Source of the DNA: an uncultured Gammaproteobacteria bacterium
Lineage (GTDB): Bacteria; Pseudomonadota; Gammaproteobacteria; CAWCPV01
Direction: 5' to 3'
NCBI GenBank assembly: GCA_963797555.1
Contig: CAWCPV010000007.1
Location: forward strand, 224,001 to 288,000
DNA length: 64,000 nt
Position 1 is the first letter of the stretch; every line of letters starts with the position of its first letter. Below the pieces are notes generated by a model, which searched no databases, had not been told where the DNA came from, and was given only the letters and a program-made list of their open reading frames with translations. Shown here piece after piece: positions 50,864 through 63,956 of this stretch. The translations under genes and the position numbers were made by a program.

Positions 50864-53314
50864 TCAATCCGCGGAGGCGCGCAAGGCGTCCGGAAGACCT
50901 TCCGTCGCGTCCTCGAACGCGGCGGCCACGGCATGGTCCACGTTCTCCAGCCAGACGAAGCGGAGCTTTTCTCTCGCTGCCTGCGGAATGTCCTCGAAGT
51001 CCTTGCGGTTGCGGGCCGGAAGCAGGACGGTTCCGATGCCCGCACGCGCTGCTGCGACCATCTTCTCCTTGATGCCGCCCACCGGCAGGACGAGCCCGCG
51101 CAGGCTGATCTCCCCGGTCATGGCGGCATCCGTGTTGACAGTCTTGCCCGTCAACAAGGAGACCAGCGCGATGAACATCGCGACCCCTGCGCTGGGACCG
51201 TCCTTCGGGATGGCGCCGGCGGGTACGTGGATGTGGATGTCGCTCTTCTCGAAGATGTCTTCGGCCAGCCCGAGGCTGCCCGCCCGTGACTTGATCAGGC
51301 TCAAGGCGGCCTGTGCGCTCTCCTTCATGACATCGCCTAGCTGCCCGGTGAGGATCAGCTTGCCGCTGCCGGGTACGCGGCTCGCCTCGACGAACAGGAT
51401 GTCGCCGCCCGCGGGCGTCCAGGCTAGCCCGGTGGCCACCCCGGGGACGCTGGTGCGCATCGCCACCTCGCTCTCGAACTTCTTGGACCCGAGAATGGCG
51501 TGAAGGTCGTCGGCGTCGACACGGATGGTCTCCACGCCACCCTCGGCAATGCGCATGGCGACGTGGCGGAACACGTTGCCGATCTCCCGCTCCAAATTGC
51601 GCACACCCGCCTCGCGCGTATAGTCGCGCACGATGACCCGCAAAGCCTCGTCGCTCAGCTCGCATAGCTCGGACTTCAAGCCGTTGGCCTCTAGCTGCCG
51701 GTGTACCAGATAGCGGCGCGCGATCTGGACCTTTTCGTCCTCGGTATAGCCGGGCAGGTCGATGACCTCCATACGGTCGCGCAGAGCACCCGGAATAGTG
51801 TCCAGCACGTTGGCCGTGCCGATGAACATCACCTTGCTGAGATCGAAGGCAACCGCGAGATAGTTGTCGCGGAAGGTGGCGTTCTGCTCGGGATCCAGGA
51901 CCTCCAACAGGGCGGACGAGGGGTCGCCGTGGAAGCCCACGCCCAGCTTGTCCATTTCGTCCAGCATGAACACCGGGTTGCGCGTCGCCGCCTTACGGAT
52001 CGCCTGGATGATGTTGCCCGGCAAGGCCCCCACATAGGTGCGCCGATGCCCGCGGATCTCCGCCTCGTCATGCACGCCCCCGAGGCTGGCCCGCACGAAC
52101 TTCCGGCCCATCGCTCTGGCGATGCTCTGACCCAGTGAGGTCTTGCCGACGCCAGGGGGACCGACGAAACACAGGATGGGGCTGCGGCCTCCCGGGTTGA
52201 GCTTGCGCACCGCCAGGTACTCCAAGATACGCCGCTTGACCTTGTCCAGCCCGTAATGGTCTTCTTCCAGGATGCGGCGAGCCTCTGCGATGTCGATGCG
52301 GTCCTCGGTGTTCACGGACCACGGCAGCGCGGTCAACCAGTCAAGATAAGTACGTACCATCGAGTACTCGGCCGCCCCCTCGGGCATCCGCTCCAGTCGC
52401 GCGAGCTCTTTCGTCGCCTGCTCCTCGGCCTCCGCCGGCATCTTCGCGTCGGCGATGGCCTGCTTGATCTCGTCGATCTCCAGCGTCTTGCTGTCGGCCT
52501 CCCCCAGCTCCTTCTGGATGGTTCGTAGCTGCTCTCGGAGCAAGTACTCGCGCTGCCGCTCGTCCACGGCCTTCTTGGTCTGTTTGCTGATCTCCTCCTG
52601 CAGACGCAGCACCGCCAGTCGGTGAGCCAAGCGCTCCAGAACCCTGTCGAGACGCTCCTGCACATCGAAGGTTTCGAGGACCTCCTGTTTCTCCGGCGCC
52701 CTCAGGTCCATGAAGCTCGCCACCAAGTCGGCCAGCGCTGACGGCGAATCCGTCGCCTCGATGGCCTGAGCAAGCTCCGGGGGCGCCTGGGGCAACAGTT
52801 CCAGAGACTCCTGGGCCTCCCGCTTGAGCTGCCGCATGCGCGCCTCGACCGCCTCGGTATACACCTCGGCACGGGGAATGCGCTCCACGCGTGCGACTAG
52901 AAACGGGTACCCGTCCAAGAACTCCTGTACGCGAAATCGTTGCTGGCCTTGGCAGATGAGATGGTGCTCCCCGTCGGCACCGGTAACGTAGCGTAGGATG
53001 TTGGCCTCCGTTCCTACCGAGTAGAGGTCCTCGGGCGTGGGACCCTCCACCGCTGAGTCTCGCTGCAGAAGCACGCCGATGGACTGCTCGCGTCTGGCGG
53101 CCTCCTGGGCTGCGGCAATGGAGCGTTTGCGTCCCAAGGTGAGCGGCACCACCATGCCGGGGAACAGCACGACGCCGCGCACCGGCACGATGATGAGGCC
53201 ATCCTCGGGCAGGGGCGGAAGAAGGCTAGCTTCCTGCGGAACGTCCCCGCCGCTGCCTTGGGGGCGCTCGGCCTCGGCACGCAGTTCTTGCCTCGTCCAT
53301 TGGTCCACGGCCAT
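50864..53314 (-). CDS. lon: ATP-dependent endopeptidase La
   Basis: LON N-domain, GPPGVGKTS, LDEMDK, PKDGPSAG, GGIKEK. Confidence 0.96.
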   Translation of the reverse strand: MAVDQWTRQELRAEAERPQGSGGDVPQEASLLPPLPEDGLIIVPVRGVVLFPGMVVPLTLGRKRSIAAAQEAARREQSIGVLLQRDSAVEGPTPEDLYSVGTEANILRYVTGADGEHHLICQGQQRFRVQEFLDGYPFLVARVERIPRAEVYTEAVEARMRQLKREAQESLELLPQAPPELAQAIEATDSPSALADLVASFMDLRAPEKQEVLETFDVQERLDRVLERLAHRLAVLRLQEEISKQTKKAVDERQREYLLREQLRTIQKELGEADSKTLEIDEIKQAIADAKMPAEAEEQATKELARLERMPEGAAEYSMVRTYLDWLTALPWSVNTEDRIDIAEARRILEEDHYGLDKVKRRILEYLAVRKLNPGGRSPILCFVGPPGVGKTSLGQSIARAMGRKFVRASLGGVHDEAEIRGHRRTYVGALPGNIIQAIRKAATRNPVFMLDEMDKLGVGFHGDPSSALLEVLDPEQNATFRDNYLAVAFDLSKVMFIGTANVLDTIPGALRDRMEVIDLPGYTEDEKVQIARRYLVHRQLEANGLKSELCELSDEALRVIVRDYTREAGVRNLEREIGNVFRHVAMRIAEGGVETIRVDADDLHAILGSKKFESEVAMRTSVPGVATGLAWTPAGGDILFVEASRVPGSGKLILTGQLGDVMKESAQAALSLIKSRAGSLGLAEDIFEKSDIHIHVPAGAIPKDGPSAGVAMFIALVSLLTGKTVNTDAAMTGEISLRGLVLPVGGIKEKMVAAARAGIGTVLLPARNRKDFEDIPQAAREKLRFVWLENVDHAVAAAFEDATEGLPDALRASAD

Positions 53315-53326
53315 GGGCAATTTTTC

Positions 53327-53734
53327 CTAGGCTAGACGCAGGAGTCTGAGGAGCAGGCACCCATCCGCGACCTCCTGGCGATCGAACTCAAACCTTCCCG
53401 GCGGCAACTCGATGCGGCGTTCGAATCGGCCATACGGGATCTCGAGACGATGGATGGTGCCGGATCGGGCCTCCAGTGACATGGGGCGCTCGCCCGCCAC
53501 GATCAAGGTGCCATTTTCGATGCCGATGTAGATATGAGGGGGGGTTACGCCGGGCAGCGCCACGATCACCGATAGCCCGCGCGCGCTCTCGAAGATGTCC
53601 ACGGGCGGTTCCCAGGTCGGTCCACGTGCGGCCGAGACGCCCAGTTGGAAGAAGCGGCGGTGGAGCCGCTCCGCGCGCTCCACCAGATCGCAAGCCTCGA
53701 GCCACATCCAAGTGACGGGATCGCGTGTCGTCAT
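53327..53734 (-). CDS. Hsp20/alpha-crystallin small heat-shock protein
   Basis: WEPPVDIFE, VALPGV, LEIPYGRFERRIELP, DGCL. Confidence 0.9.
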   Translation of the reverse strand: MTTRDPVTWMWLEACDLVERAERLHRRFFQLGVSAARGPTWEPPVDIFESARGLSVIVALPGVTPPHIYIGIENGTLIVAGERPMSLEARSGTIHRLEIPYGRFERRIELPPGRFEFDRQEVADGCLLLRLLRLA

Positions 53735-53914
53735 CGGGTCCTCTTAGGCGCTGAGTCGCTATTCAGAGCAGATGTATAGGGTATGCGCGCCCGCCCGCAG
53801 GGGCAAGCTGCGCGCGTCTCACGCGCTTCTGGCCCAGGCTCGCCGGAGATCCGCTTGGGGTGTCGCTCTCCCTGCGGTGTCGGCGGACGACCCGAGCCAG
53901 CGGCCCAGGCCTCA

Positions 53915-54132
53915 GGGTTTCCGAAGAAATCGCCCCGAGCGGCCCCAGAGCAAGCGCCCGGAGCGCTGCGACGAGACATATCGAGAGTCGATAGGCGAGA
54001 AGCGACCGAATGGCAGGACAGCCATTCGGCACATCCGCAGGACGCCCCAAGGGGGTGGCGGTACAGGGAGGTACGCCATGGCCGAATGGCAAGACAGCCA
54101 TTCGGCACGTCCGCGGACATGTGCACAAGCTC
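53915..54132 (-). repeat. MITE-family copy with ~1.5 inner modules, inserted at the hisC stop codon
   Basis: TCA flanks both ends (53912-53914, 54133-54135); CACAAGCTC end; CCGAATGGC..GCCATTCGG hairpin twice. Confidence 0.75.
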
Positions 54133-55236
54133 TCAGGGGTCTCGGAGCGCCCGCGCGAGACCAGCCAGGAATGCCTCGTTCTCTTCGGGTGTCCCGATGG
54201 TCACGCGAAGGCAGTCGGCCAGCAGGCCATGTGTTCCGGAGACATCCTTCACGAGGATGCCGAAGCGGCGCAGGGATTCGAACAAGCGGCGGGCCTGGCC
54301 TCGGGGCGCCCGGAACAGCAGGAAGTTCGCTCGGCTCGGATAGACGGTGATACCGGACAACTCCGCTATGGCCCGGTGCATCCGCTGACGTTCCGCACGG
54401 ATTGCGCGCGCTTGGGCTTCCAGCAGCTCGCCGTGTTGCAGGGCGAACGTCGCGCTGAGCTGCGTCAGAGTGCTGATGTTGTACGGCAGCCGCACCTTGT
54501 CCAGCTCTGCGATCCACGGTCGTGGACCCACCAGCATCCCCAGGCGCAGCCCGGCCAGCCCCAACTTCGAGACGGTGCGCAGCACCAACAGGTTGGGGTA
54601 CCTTTCCAGCGCCCCCATCAGCGTCTCCTCGGCAAAGGCATGATATGCCTCGTCGATGACGACCAGGCCCCGGCTGGCCTGGATCAAGACATGAAGGGCG
54701 CCGACGTCGAACAGGTTCCCGGTCGGATTGTTGGGATAGGACAGGAATACGACCGCGGGAGGACAGCGCTCGATGCCCTCCAGCAGGAGGTCGAGGTCCA
54801 GGGAGAAATCGATGCGCAGCGGCACCTCCCGGTATTCGAGCCCGGCAAAAGTGGCGATCAGCCGGTACATGGCGAAGGTGGGTGCGGGCGCGAGGACGGA
54901 TCGCTCAGGCCCTCCGACCGCCAGCAGGATGATCTGCAGCAGCTCGTCCGACCCGTTGCCCAGTAGGATATCCATCGAATCCGGCACGGCCATGGCCCGT
55001 CGCAGGGCAGCCTTGAGGGTCTGCGCTGCGGCGTCGGGGTAACGGTTGAGGTTAGCGCCCCGCAGGGCGGACAGCCAGGCTTCCAGCAGTTGGCCCGGCC
55101 ACGGATAGGGATTCTCCATGGCATCCAGCTTGATGAGGCCGGTGGCGTCGGGGACGTGGTACGCGCACAACTGCTGGATTTCGGGTCGAATCCACGCGGC
55201 TGCGAGCGAGCGCGTCGGGTCGACTTCGGCTCTCAT
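54133..55236 (-). CDS. hisC: Histidinol-phosphate aminotransferase
   Basis: [38 protein letters not shown]. Confidence 0.95.
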   Translation of the reverse strand: MRAEVDPTRSLAAAWIRPEIQQLCAYHVPDATGLIKLDAMENPYPWPGQLLEAWLSALRGANLNRYPDAAAQTLKAALRRAMAVPDSMDILLGNGSDELLQIILLAVGGPERSVLAPAPTFAMYRLIATFAGLEYREVPLRIDFSLDLDLLLEGIERCPPAVVFLSYPNNPTGNLFDVGALHVLIQASRGLVVIDEAYHAFAEETLMGALERYPNLLVLRTVSKLGLAGLRLGMLVGPRPWIAELDKVRLPYNISTLTQLSATFALQHGELLEAQARAIRAERQRMHRAIAELSGITVYPSRANFLLFRAPRGQARRLFESLRRFGILVKDVSGTHGLLADCLRVTIGTPEENEAFLAGLARALRDP

Positions 55237-56564
55237 TGAGTTTCCCGGCCCGCGCGTGCCCTACCCGTTCTGACGCGGTACTCCGCGGAACGAGCGTGGG
55301 CGGTGAGCCCTTCCCCTTGCGCCAGCACAGAAGCCAGGCGCCCCAGGACGGGCGCTCCCTCCGCGCTGCACGCGATGAGGCTCGATCTCTTCTGGAAGTC
55401 ATAGACCCCGAGGGGCGAGGAGAAACGTGCGGTGCGCGAGGTGGGGAGCACGTGATTCGGCCCGGCGCAGTAGTCTCCCATGGCCTCAGCGGTATGGCGC
55501 CCCAGAAATATGGCTCCGGCATGCCGGACCCTGGTCGCGGCCGCCTGGGGATCCGCAACGGATAGCTCCAGATGCTCGGGGGCGACGAAGTTGACGACCT
55601 GCAGAGCCTCGTCCAGATCGCGGGCCACGATGAATGCGCCGCGCGAGTCCAGTGCCTGCCGGATGATGTCGGCCCGCGGCATCTCGGGCAGCAATCGCGC
55701 CATGCTTTGCGCGACCTGCTCCAGGTAGGCGGGCAGAGGGCACACCAGGATGGCCTGGGCGTCCTCGTCGTGTTCGGCCTGGGAGAACAGGTCCATGGCG
55801 ATCCAGTCCGGGTCCGTCTTGCCGTCGCAGACCACCAGGATCTCGCTCGGCCCGGCGATCATGTCGATGCCCACCGTGCCGTACACCAGACGTTTGGCAG
55901 TGGCCACGTAGATGTTCCCGGGACCGACGATCTTGTCGACGCGAGGGATGGTCTCGGTGCCGTAGGCGAGGGCCGCGACCGCCTGGGCGCCCCCGATCGT
56001 GAATGCGCGGTCCACGCCTGCTAGGGCCGCGGCGGCAAACACCATGTCGTTCGCTTCGCCGCCCGGTGTGGGTACCACCATGACCACCTCGGGCACGCCG
56101 GCGACTTTCGCCGGGATGACGTTCATGAGCACGGTCGAGGGGTAAGCGGCCTTGCCCCCCGGGACATAGACCCCCACCCGGTCGAGGGCGGTGACCTGTT
56201 GTCCGAGAAGATTGCCGAGATCATCGCGATAGGACCACGAGCCCTGCTTCTGGTGCTCGTGATAGGAGCGGATGCGTGCCGCGGCTTCCGCCAGGGCTTG
56301 GTGCTGCTCTTGCGGCAAACCCGCGACGGCTTGGTCCAGACGTTCCCGGGGGATCTCCAGGCGCGCGGCCTCGTCAACGCTCAGGCGATCGAGGCTCCTC
56401 GTATAAGCCAGGAGCGCCCGGTCTCCTTGCCCACGGACTCGCTGCAGAATCTCGCGGACCGTCTCCTGCACTTGGTCGGCGACCTTGTCTTCCCAGGCAA
56501 GCAGCTGTTCTAGCTGGTGCCAGAACCCGGGGTCACTCGTGCTTAGGCGTCTGATGTGGAGCAT
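55233..56564 (-). CDS. hisD: Histidinol dehydrogenase
   Basis: [47 protein letters not shown]. Confidence 0.97.
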   Translation of the reverse strand: MLHIRRLSTSDPGFWHQLEQLLAWEDKVADQVQETVREILQRVRGQGDRALLAYTRSLDRLSVDEAARLEIPRERLDQAVAGLPQEQHQALAEAAARIRSYHEHQKQGSWSYRDDLGNLLGQQVTALDRVGVYVPGGKAAYPSTVLMNVIPAKVAGVPEVVMVVPTPGGEANDMVFAAAALAGVDRAFTIGGAQAVAALAYGTETIPRVDKIVGPGNIYVATAKRLVYGTVGIDMIAGPSEILVVCDGKTDPDWIAMDLFSQAEHDEDAQAILVCPLPAYLEQVAQSMARLLPEMPRADIIRQALDSRGAFIVARDLDEALQVVNFVAPEHLELSVADPQAAATRVRHAGAIFLGRHTAEAMGDYCAGPNHVLPTSRTARFSSPLGVYDFQKRSSLIACSAEGAPVLGRLASVLAQGEGLTAHARSAEYRVRTGRARAGRETQ

Positions 56565-56696
56565 CGCGTACCAGGGCCGGCTTCCTCAACCCGTCACGAG
56601 CATATCAGTCCTGGTCCGCTGCCGGCAAAGAGCCGCCCACCCGCCCGACCGCGCGGGGACGTGGCCGCTCACTGGATGCGATGATCAGCCGGTCAT

Positions 56697-58582
<1,886 letters not shown>

Positions 58583-58599
<17 letters not shown>

Positions 58600-59200
58600 G
58601 GTTGCGCGAGGCGATGGTCGTGATCAGGTGATCCAAGCCGCTCTTCTGGATCTCGGTGGCGAACGAGCTGCGATAGTTGGTCACCAGGCTTACGCCGCTC
58701 ACCGTGACGTCATAGACCTTCCATTCGCCGCCCTCGAGAGTCATGCGGTAGTCGATGGGTACCGGCAAGGCGCCAGGTGGCTCGACCTCGCTGTGTACCA
58801 TGACGTCGGTAGCTCCTGGTGCGGCGCGCAAAGGTCCCACGGTGATCTTTTGATCGGTGTAGTCGAGCAGGGCGACGGCGTACGTGCGGACCAGTAGGGC
58901 GCGAAACGCCTCGGCGAATCGCTGGCGCTGCTCCGCGGTCGCGGTCCGCCAATACCGGCCGAGCACGAGGCGTGACATGCGCGCGAAGTCGAAGTGCGGC
59001 AGGACAATGGACTCCACCAACGCGTAAAGGCGTTCCGGGTGTTGCTTGAGCGAGTCATGGTCGGCTCTGAGCACCCCCATCATGCGCTGCGTCGTGTCCT
59101 CGACCAGCTTCACGGGGGAGGGCGTGGGGTCGGCGCCAGAGATCTGCGGCCCGAGGAGCAGCACAAGGGGCAATAGTGCGTTGAGGACAGGGCGTTCCAC
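58583..59200 (-). CDS. mlaC: Phospholipid-binding protein MlaC
   Basis: PHFDFARMSRLVLG, WKVYDV...GVSLVTNYRSSF. Confidence 0.92.
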
Positions 59201-59277
59201 GGTCTGGCTCCTCTCTTAGGTTGATGGCGTCGGGCCGAGTTTAATGCCCGGAAGGTTCCTCCGACGGACGGCGATTC

Positions 59278-59772
59278 TCAGCGCCGCGGCGGGGAGTCTC
59301 TCCCCAAGCTGTCCTGCGCCTTGCTGGAAAGAAACTGCCCGATCATGCGTTCCAGGACCAGCGCGGACTGTGTCAGCGTAATCTGGCCCCCGGGTTTCAG
59401 GACAGTCTCGTCGCCGCCGGGCTCCAGGGCAATGTAGTTCTCCCCCAACAGGCCCGTAGTGTAGATGCTGGCGCTCGTATCCTGGGGAAGGCGCAAATTG
59501 CGGCCGTCGATGGTCATGGTGACGACGGCCTCGTAAGTGGTGGGGTCGAGGCCGATCTTCGTCACCCGTCCGATGGCGACCCCCGCGACGGTTACGGGCG
59601 CCCGTATTTTGAGCCCCCCGATATCCTGGAATTTGGCGTGCAACGGATACCCCTCGCCCGTGGAGATGACGGTGAGGTTGCTCACTTTCATGGCGAGCAT
59701 GAACAGCGCAGCTAAGCCAAGCGCCACAAATGTCCCGACCATGATCTCTACGGTGCGGCTCTGCATTTTCAT
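59278..59772 (-). CDS. mlaD: MCE protein MlaD
   Basis: F.DIGGLK.RAPVTVAGV.IGRV, TTGLLGENYI. Confidence 0.93.
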   Translation of the reverse strand: MKMQSRTVEIMVGTFVALGLAALFMLAMKVSNLTVISTGEGYPLHAKFQDIGGLKIRAPVTVAGVAIGRVTKIGLDPTTYEAVVTMTIDGRNLRLPQDTSASIYTTGLLGENYIALEPGGDETVLKPGGQITLTQSALVLERMIGQFLSSKAQDSLGRDSPPRR

Positions 59773-59828
59773 GTCAGGTGCCCGAATCGCTCCAATCTGC
59801 AGACGGCTGCCGAACCCGTGGACCCGGC

Positions 59829-60611
59829 TTACGGTTGCCCGAACATGAGGGCGGTCAACAGAAAATCCAGCCCCAGGACCGCGAGGGCCGTGTTCACGAC
59901 GGTGCGGGTCGTAGCCCGACTGACCCCTTCGGCCGTCGGGATGCAGTCATAACCCTGGAACACCGCGATCCAGCTCGCTACGAAGCCGAACACGACGCTC
60001 TTGATGGTGCCGTTGATCACATCCTGGTAGAAGTCTACGCGAGCCTGCATCTGGGACCAGAAGGCTCCTGCGTTGATGCCCAGCAGGTCTACCGCCACGA
60101 GGTAGCCGCCGATGACGCCCACTGCGCTGAACAGCGCGGCGAGCAGGGGCATCGCGAGCACGCCGCCAAGGAAACGCGGCGCCGCAATGCGTGCCAGAGG
60201 GTCCACGGCCATCATCTCCATGGCCGAGAGCTGCTCCGTGGCCTTCATCAGGCCGATCTCGGCGGTCAGAGCGGTGCCCGCGCGCCCGGCGAACAGCAGC
60301 GCCGAGACGACCGGCCCCAGCTCACGGACCAGAGACAGAGCGACCACCACCCCGATGGACTCCTCGGCGCTGAACCGCACCAGCGTGTTGTAGCCCTGCA
60401 AGCCGAGGACCATGCCCACGAATAACCCCGAGACCAGTACGATGACCGCGGACAAGACCCCGGCAGCGTAAACTTGCTGGATCACCAGCCGCGGCCTTGG
60501 AAGCACCTCCGGCATCCCCATGAACATCTGGACCAGAAGGAGGCTCGCGCGTCCCAGACCCTGGACCGTGCCGAGCGAGAAGCGTCCCAGGTCCTGCAGT
60601 AAGCCGATCAA
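59829..60611 (-). CDS. mlaE: Permease MlaE
   Basis: RELGPVV.ALLFAGRAG.ALTAEIGLMKATEQL. Confidence 0.95.
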   Translation of the reverse strand: MIGLLQDLGRFSLGTVQGLGRASLLLVQMFMGMPEVLPRPRLVIQQVYAAGVLSAVIVLVSGLFVGMVLGLQGYNTLVRFSAEESIGVVVALSLVRELGPVVSALLFAGRAGTALTAEIGLMKATEQLSAMEMMAVDPLARIAAPRFLGGVLAMPLLAALFSAVGVIGGYLVAVDLLGINAGAFWSQMQARVDFYQDVINGTIKSVVFGFVASWIAVFQGYDCIPTAEGVSRATTRTVVNTALAVLGLDFLLTALMFGQP

Positions 60612-61426
60612 CGCAGCAGATCCTGGGCGTAATCAGGTGCCGGATAGTGGAAGGGTACGGGTCCGTCCGGCAGGCCCTTCAGGAACTGGTTCACCCACTC
60701 GGACCGGGAGTCCTCGAGCTGGTCGGGGCTACCCTGCGCGACCACCCTGCCGTCGCTCACGACGTAAACCCAGTCGGCTATGGATGCGGTCTCGCGCACG
60801 TCGTGCGATACCACAATGCTGGTCAGGCCGAGTGCATCGTTGAGCCGGCGGATGAGTTTGAGCAGGACACCCATGGAAATTGGGTCCTGTCCCGTGAACG
60901 GCTCGTCGTACATGACCATCATCGGATCCAGAGCAATGGCGCGGGCGAGAGCCACGCGGTGCGCCATGCCGCCCGAAAGCTCGCTCGGCATCAGGTGCGC
61001 CGCGCCGCGCAGCCCGACCGCCTGCAGCTTGATCAGCACCAAGTTCCGAATCATGCGCTCCGGGAGGCGGATATGCTCGCGCAGCGGGAAGGCGACGTTC
61101 TCGAACACGTCCAGATCGGTCAGCAGCGCCCCGCTCTGGAACAGCATGCCCATGCGTTTGCGCAGCCGGTACAGGCGTTCCCCCGTCAGCTCGTTGACCA
61201 GCTCGCCGTCCACGTGAATGGTGCCCCGCGATGGCCGCAGTTGGCCACCGATCAGACGTAGCAGGGTCGTCTTGCCGGTGCCGCTGGGCCCCATGATAGC
61301 GGTGATCTGTCCCCGCTGGACGGTGATGTCGACCTCGTCGAAGATCACCCGAGGGCCGCGGGTGAAGCGCATTCCCCGGATCTGGACCAGCGGCTCGGCC
61401 TGCGAGTTCGCTGCAGTTGAACTCAT
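60608..61426 (-). CDS. mlaF: ATPase MlaF
   Basis: GPSGTGKTT, MLFQSGAL, LSGGM, YDEPFTGQDPISMG. Confidence 0.95.
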   Translation of the reverse strand: MSSTAANSQAEPLVQIRGMRFTRGPRVIFDEVDITVQRGQITAIMGPSGTGKTTLLRLIGGQLRPSRGTIHVDGELVNELTGERLYRLRKRMGMLFQSGALLTDLDVFENVAFPLREHIRLPERMIRNLVLIKLQAVGLRGAAHLMPSELSGGMAHRVALARAIALDPMMVMYDEPFTGQDPISMGVLLKLIRRLNDALGLTSIVVSHDVRETASIADWVYVVSDGRVVAQGSPDQLEDSRSEWVNQFLKGLPDGPVPFHYPAPDYAQDLLR

Positions 61427-61913
61427 CGGAACTGTGGACCGACCGGCATGGGGGTGTTCGCGGCGGTTGGGCGGAGAGGTTGCGGGTTGTGGGCGCGATG
61501 TACGTTGGCGTGACGACGAGAACGGCAACGAGACGCCTGTCAGCGGAAACTCCCCGGTTAGAGGGCGACTCACGCGCGGCTATTCTATCGCATCCACGGG
61601 CCTGGGTGGCACCGGGAGCTGGATCGGGGAGCGGAGTGTCCAGTCCTCCGGCAAATTCTCCGCCAAAACCTGTCGCGTCGGGCGGCGTGCATCCACCGGC
61701 GTGCGCCGACGAGGATCTCGGTCATCAGGCGTCTCCGCCGCACGACCGTTGGCGCGCAGTGTCCGGCGGCTGCGGTGCGCCCAGGAGGAAGCCGACAATC
61801 CTGACGCTGGCGGACCCGATGTGTTCGTGCACCTGCGTTTGCATCAATGTGTGCAGTGAAGTACTATCTTCCCCTTTTTGGGGTTGACCCGCGCGGGATT
61901 GCGCATCACCCGA

Positions 61914-61966
61914 CGACTCCTTGCCTTCGTGCTAGGCGAAGGCTGCTCAAACCGTAAGGAGAGCCC
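61914..61966 (+). promoter_or_regulatory. S6:S18-binding ribosomal leader (probable)
   Basis: CTCCTT pairs with the SD AAGGAG around an internal hairpin (GCCTTCG...CGAAGGC) and an unpaired CCG; directly upstream of rpsF. Confidence 0.65.
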
Positions 61967-62365
61967 ATGCACCATTACGAAATCGTCTTGCTGGTCCACC
62001 CCGACCAGAGTGAGCAGGTGCCGGCTATGATCGAACGCTACCGTAATGCCATCACGACGGCTGGCGGCGTGGTCCACAGGCTGGAGGATTGGGGCAGGCG
62101 GCAACTCGCCTACTCCATCGGAAAGGTACACAAGGCGCACTACATACTGATGAATGTCGAGTGCCCGGTGGAAACGGTAAACGAGCTGACGTCGGGTTTC
62201 CGTTTCAACGACGCTATCCTGCGGCATTTGGTCATTCACCGCGAAGAGGCCGTGTCCGAGCCGTCCCCGCTGGTCAAGACCAGGGATGAGCGCCACGAGG
62301 CCAGTGCCGCTCCGTCGGAAGCTCGCACAGAGGGCGCGCAGGACGCCGCGGTGGCCCCTGAATAA
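61967..62365 (+). CDS. rpsF: 30S ribosomal protein S6
   Basis: [31 protein letters not shown]. Confidence 0.97.
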   Translation: MHHYEIVLLVHPDQSEQVPAMIERYRNAITTAGGVVHRLEDWGRRQLAYSIGKVHKAHYILMNVECPVETVNELTSGFRFNDAILRHLVIHREEAVSEPSPLVKTRDERHEASAAPSEARTEGAQDAAVAPE

Positions 62366-62687
62366 CAGCACCGCCGCAGCCAACCAGTTGGTAATCACGG
62401 GCACGGTACGCGGTGAGCCGCAGACCCGTTGCAGCCCGGCGGGCATACCGATCTCCCGTTTTGTCGTGGACCACCAGTCACAGCAAGAGGAGGCAGGCAT
62501 GCCCCGGACCGCCGCGTGCAGCGTTGTCGTGTTCGCCGCTGGCGCGGCCCTTCAGCCCATCGTAGGGCGCCTCGGGCCAGGCCGCCGCGTGTGCATCAGC
62601 GGGTTCCTCAACCTGCGACGTGACCGCCGTGGCGTGAGGCATCTGGTGTTGCATGCACAGTCCATCGAGGATCGGGATCACAACTAG
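62358..62687 (+). CDS. priB: Primosomal replication protein N (non-ATG start, position uncertain)
   Basis: NQLVITG, SPAGIPI..F...H.S.Q.EAG, LVLHA; position between rpsF and rpsR. Confidence 0.85.
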   Translation: MNNSTAAANQLVITGTVRGEPQTRCSPAGIPISRFVVDHQSQQEEAGMPRTAACSVVVFAAGAALQPIVGRLGPGRRVCISGFLNLRRDRRGVRHLVLHAQSIEDRDHN

Positions 62688-62708
62688 CTCTAGGCGAAGG
62701 AGAGTCGC

Positions 62709-62939
62709 ATGTCACGCTACTTTCGGCGCAGGAAATATTGCCGGTTTACGGCGGAAGGGGTCAAGGAGATCGATTACAAGGATATCGCGACCCTGAAGGA
62801 GTTCATTACCGAGACCGGCAAGATCGTGCCCAGCCGCATCACCGGTACCAAGGCCCGCTACCAGCGGCAACTGGCCACCGCCATCAAGCGGGCACGGTTT
62901 CTGGGGCTGATTCCCTATACCGATCGGCACCACCACTGA
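62709..62939 (+). CDS. rpsR: 30S ribosomal protein S18
   Basis: [31 protein letters not shown]. Confidence 0.98.
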   Translation: MSRYFRRRKYCRFTAEGVKEIDYKDIATLKEFITETGKIVPSRITGTKARYQRQLATAIKRARFLGLIPYTDRHHH

Positions 62940-63032
62940 ACATCCCTCGGGCGGCGAGGCCGGTGCCGTGCGCGACGGATGATCGGGGTTTTCGCGGACG
63001 AGGCGTAGGAGCGGGCCGGCTGAGGCTACTCG

Positions 63033-63956
63033 GTGCGCGCACTGGCGGAGTACATTCTCAAGGGGCCAATGCAGGCGTCCCTGGTGGGCACGACCTGTGC
63101 GCTGCTCGCGTTGCTGAGCCCGTTCACGGCCTGGCTCAGTTACCTCAGCGGCTCCGCCGTGGCGCTGGTGACGCTGCGGCAGGGTGCACAACGCGGCCTC
63201 CTGGCGATCGCCGCCACCACCGTCGCAACCGCGGTCCTCGGCGAGCTGGTACTGGGGAGCTATGCTCCCGCAGTGGTGTTCACGTTGGCCCTGTGGATGC
63301 CGTTGTGGCTGCTCGCGGCGGTGCTGTATTACACGCGCTCCTTGGCGCTGGCGGTGCAGGTGGGGGGCCTGCTTGGGGGAGTCTGGGTGGTCGCGAGTTA
63401 CGCCTGGCTCGGCAACCCGGTGCACTGGTGGCGGGAGCTGCTGGAGCAGATCCGTCCGGTGCTGGTGGAGGCCGAGCAGCACGCCGGCATGACGCCCAAC
63501 GTGGGTGCGCTGTTGGACACCATGGCGGGCTACATGACCGGGGCGCTGGCTGCCGTGCTCGCGGCGAGCGCCGTACTCAACCTGATGTTGACGCGCGGGT
63601 GGCAGGCCGCCCTGTTCAACCCCGGCGGGTTCGCCCTGGAGTTCCGGGGCCTGCGCCTGGGGCGCTATGCGGCCGCAGCCGTGATAGGGCTCGTGGTGAT
63701 GGCGACGGTCGGCGGTTCCGGTCTGGGCGCCATGGCGCGGGACATGCTGTGGGTGGGCGCTGCGATCTATCTGGTGGCCGGCCTGGGCCTGGTCCACGGC
63801 CTGGTGGCCCGTACCAGGGCTCATAAGGGTTGGCTGGTCGGAATTTACGTGGTCCTGACGATCGCCCCGGTTTACGGTACGTTGCTTCTGGCCCTGGCCG
63901 GTCTTGCGGATAGCTTGCTGGACGTGCGGCGGTTGGTTCCGGAAGCCGGTAACTGA
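63033..63956 (+). CDS. DUF2232-like membrane protein
   Basis: Multi-TM protein; RGWQAALFNPGGF..EF..LRL; usual position between rpsR and rplI. Confidence 0.75.
   Translation: MRALAEYILKGPMQASLVGTTCALLALLSPFTAWLSYLSGSAVALVTLRQGAQRGLLAIAATTVATAVLGELVLGSYAPAVVFTLALWMPLWLLAAVLYYTRSLALAVQVGGLLGGVWVVASYAWLGNPVHWWRELLEQIRPVLVEAEQHAGMTPNVGALLDTMAGYMTGALAAVLAASAVLNLMLTRGWQAALFNPGGFALEFRGLRLGRYAAAAVIGLVVMATVGGSGLGAMARDMLWVGAAIYLVAGLGLVHGLVARTRAHKGWLVGIYVVLTIAPVYGTLLLALAGLADSLLDVRRLVPEAGN

Noticed and set aside
53770-53812. Sigma-32 promoter for hsp20-lon
   Set aside because: CTTGCC...CCCTAT matches the consensus poorly and the spacing is too long to call
61430-61900. ncRNA or small gene between mlaF and rpsF
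   Set aside because: No recognisable RNA family or protein motif; probably divergent promoter DNA
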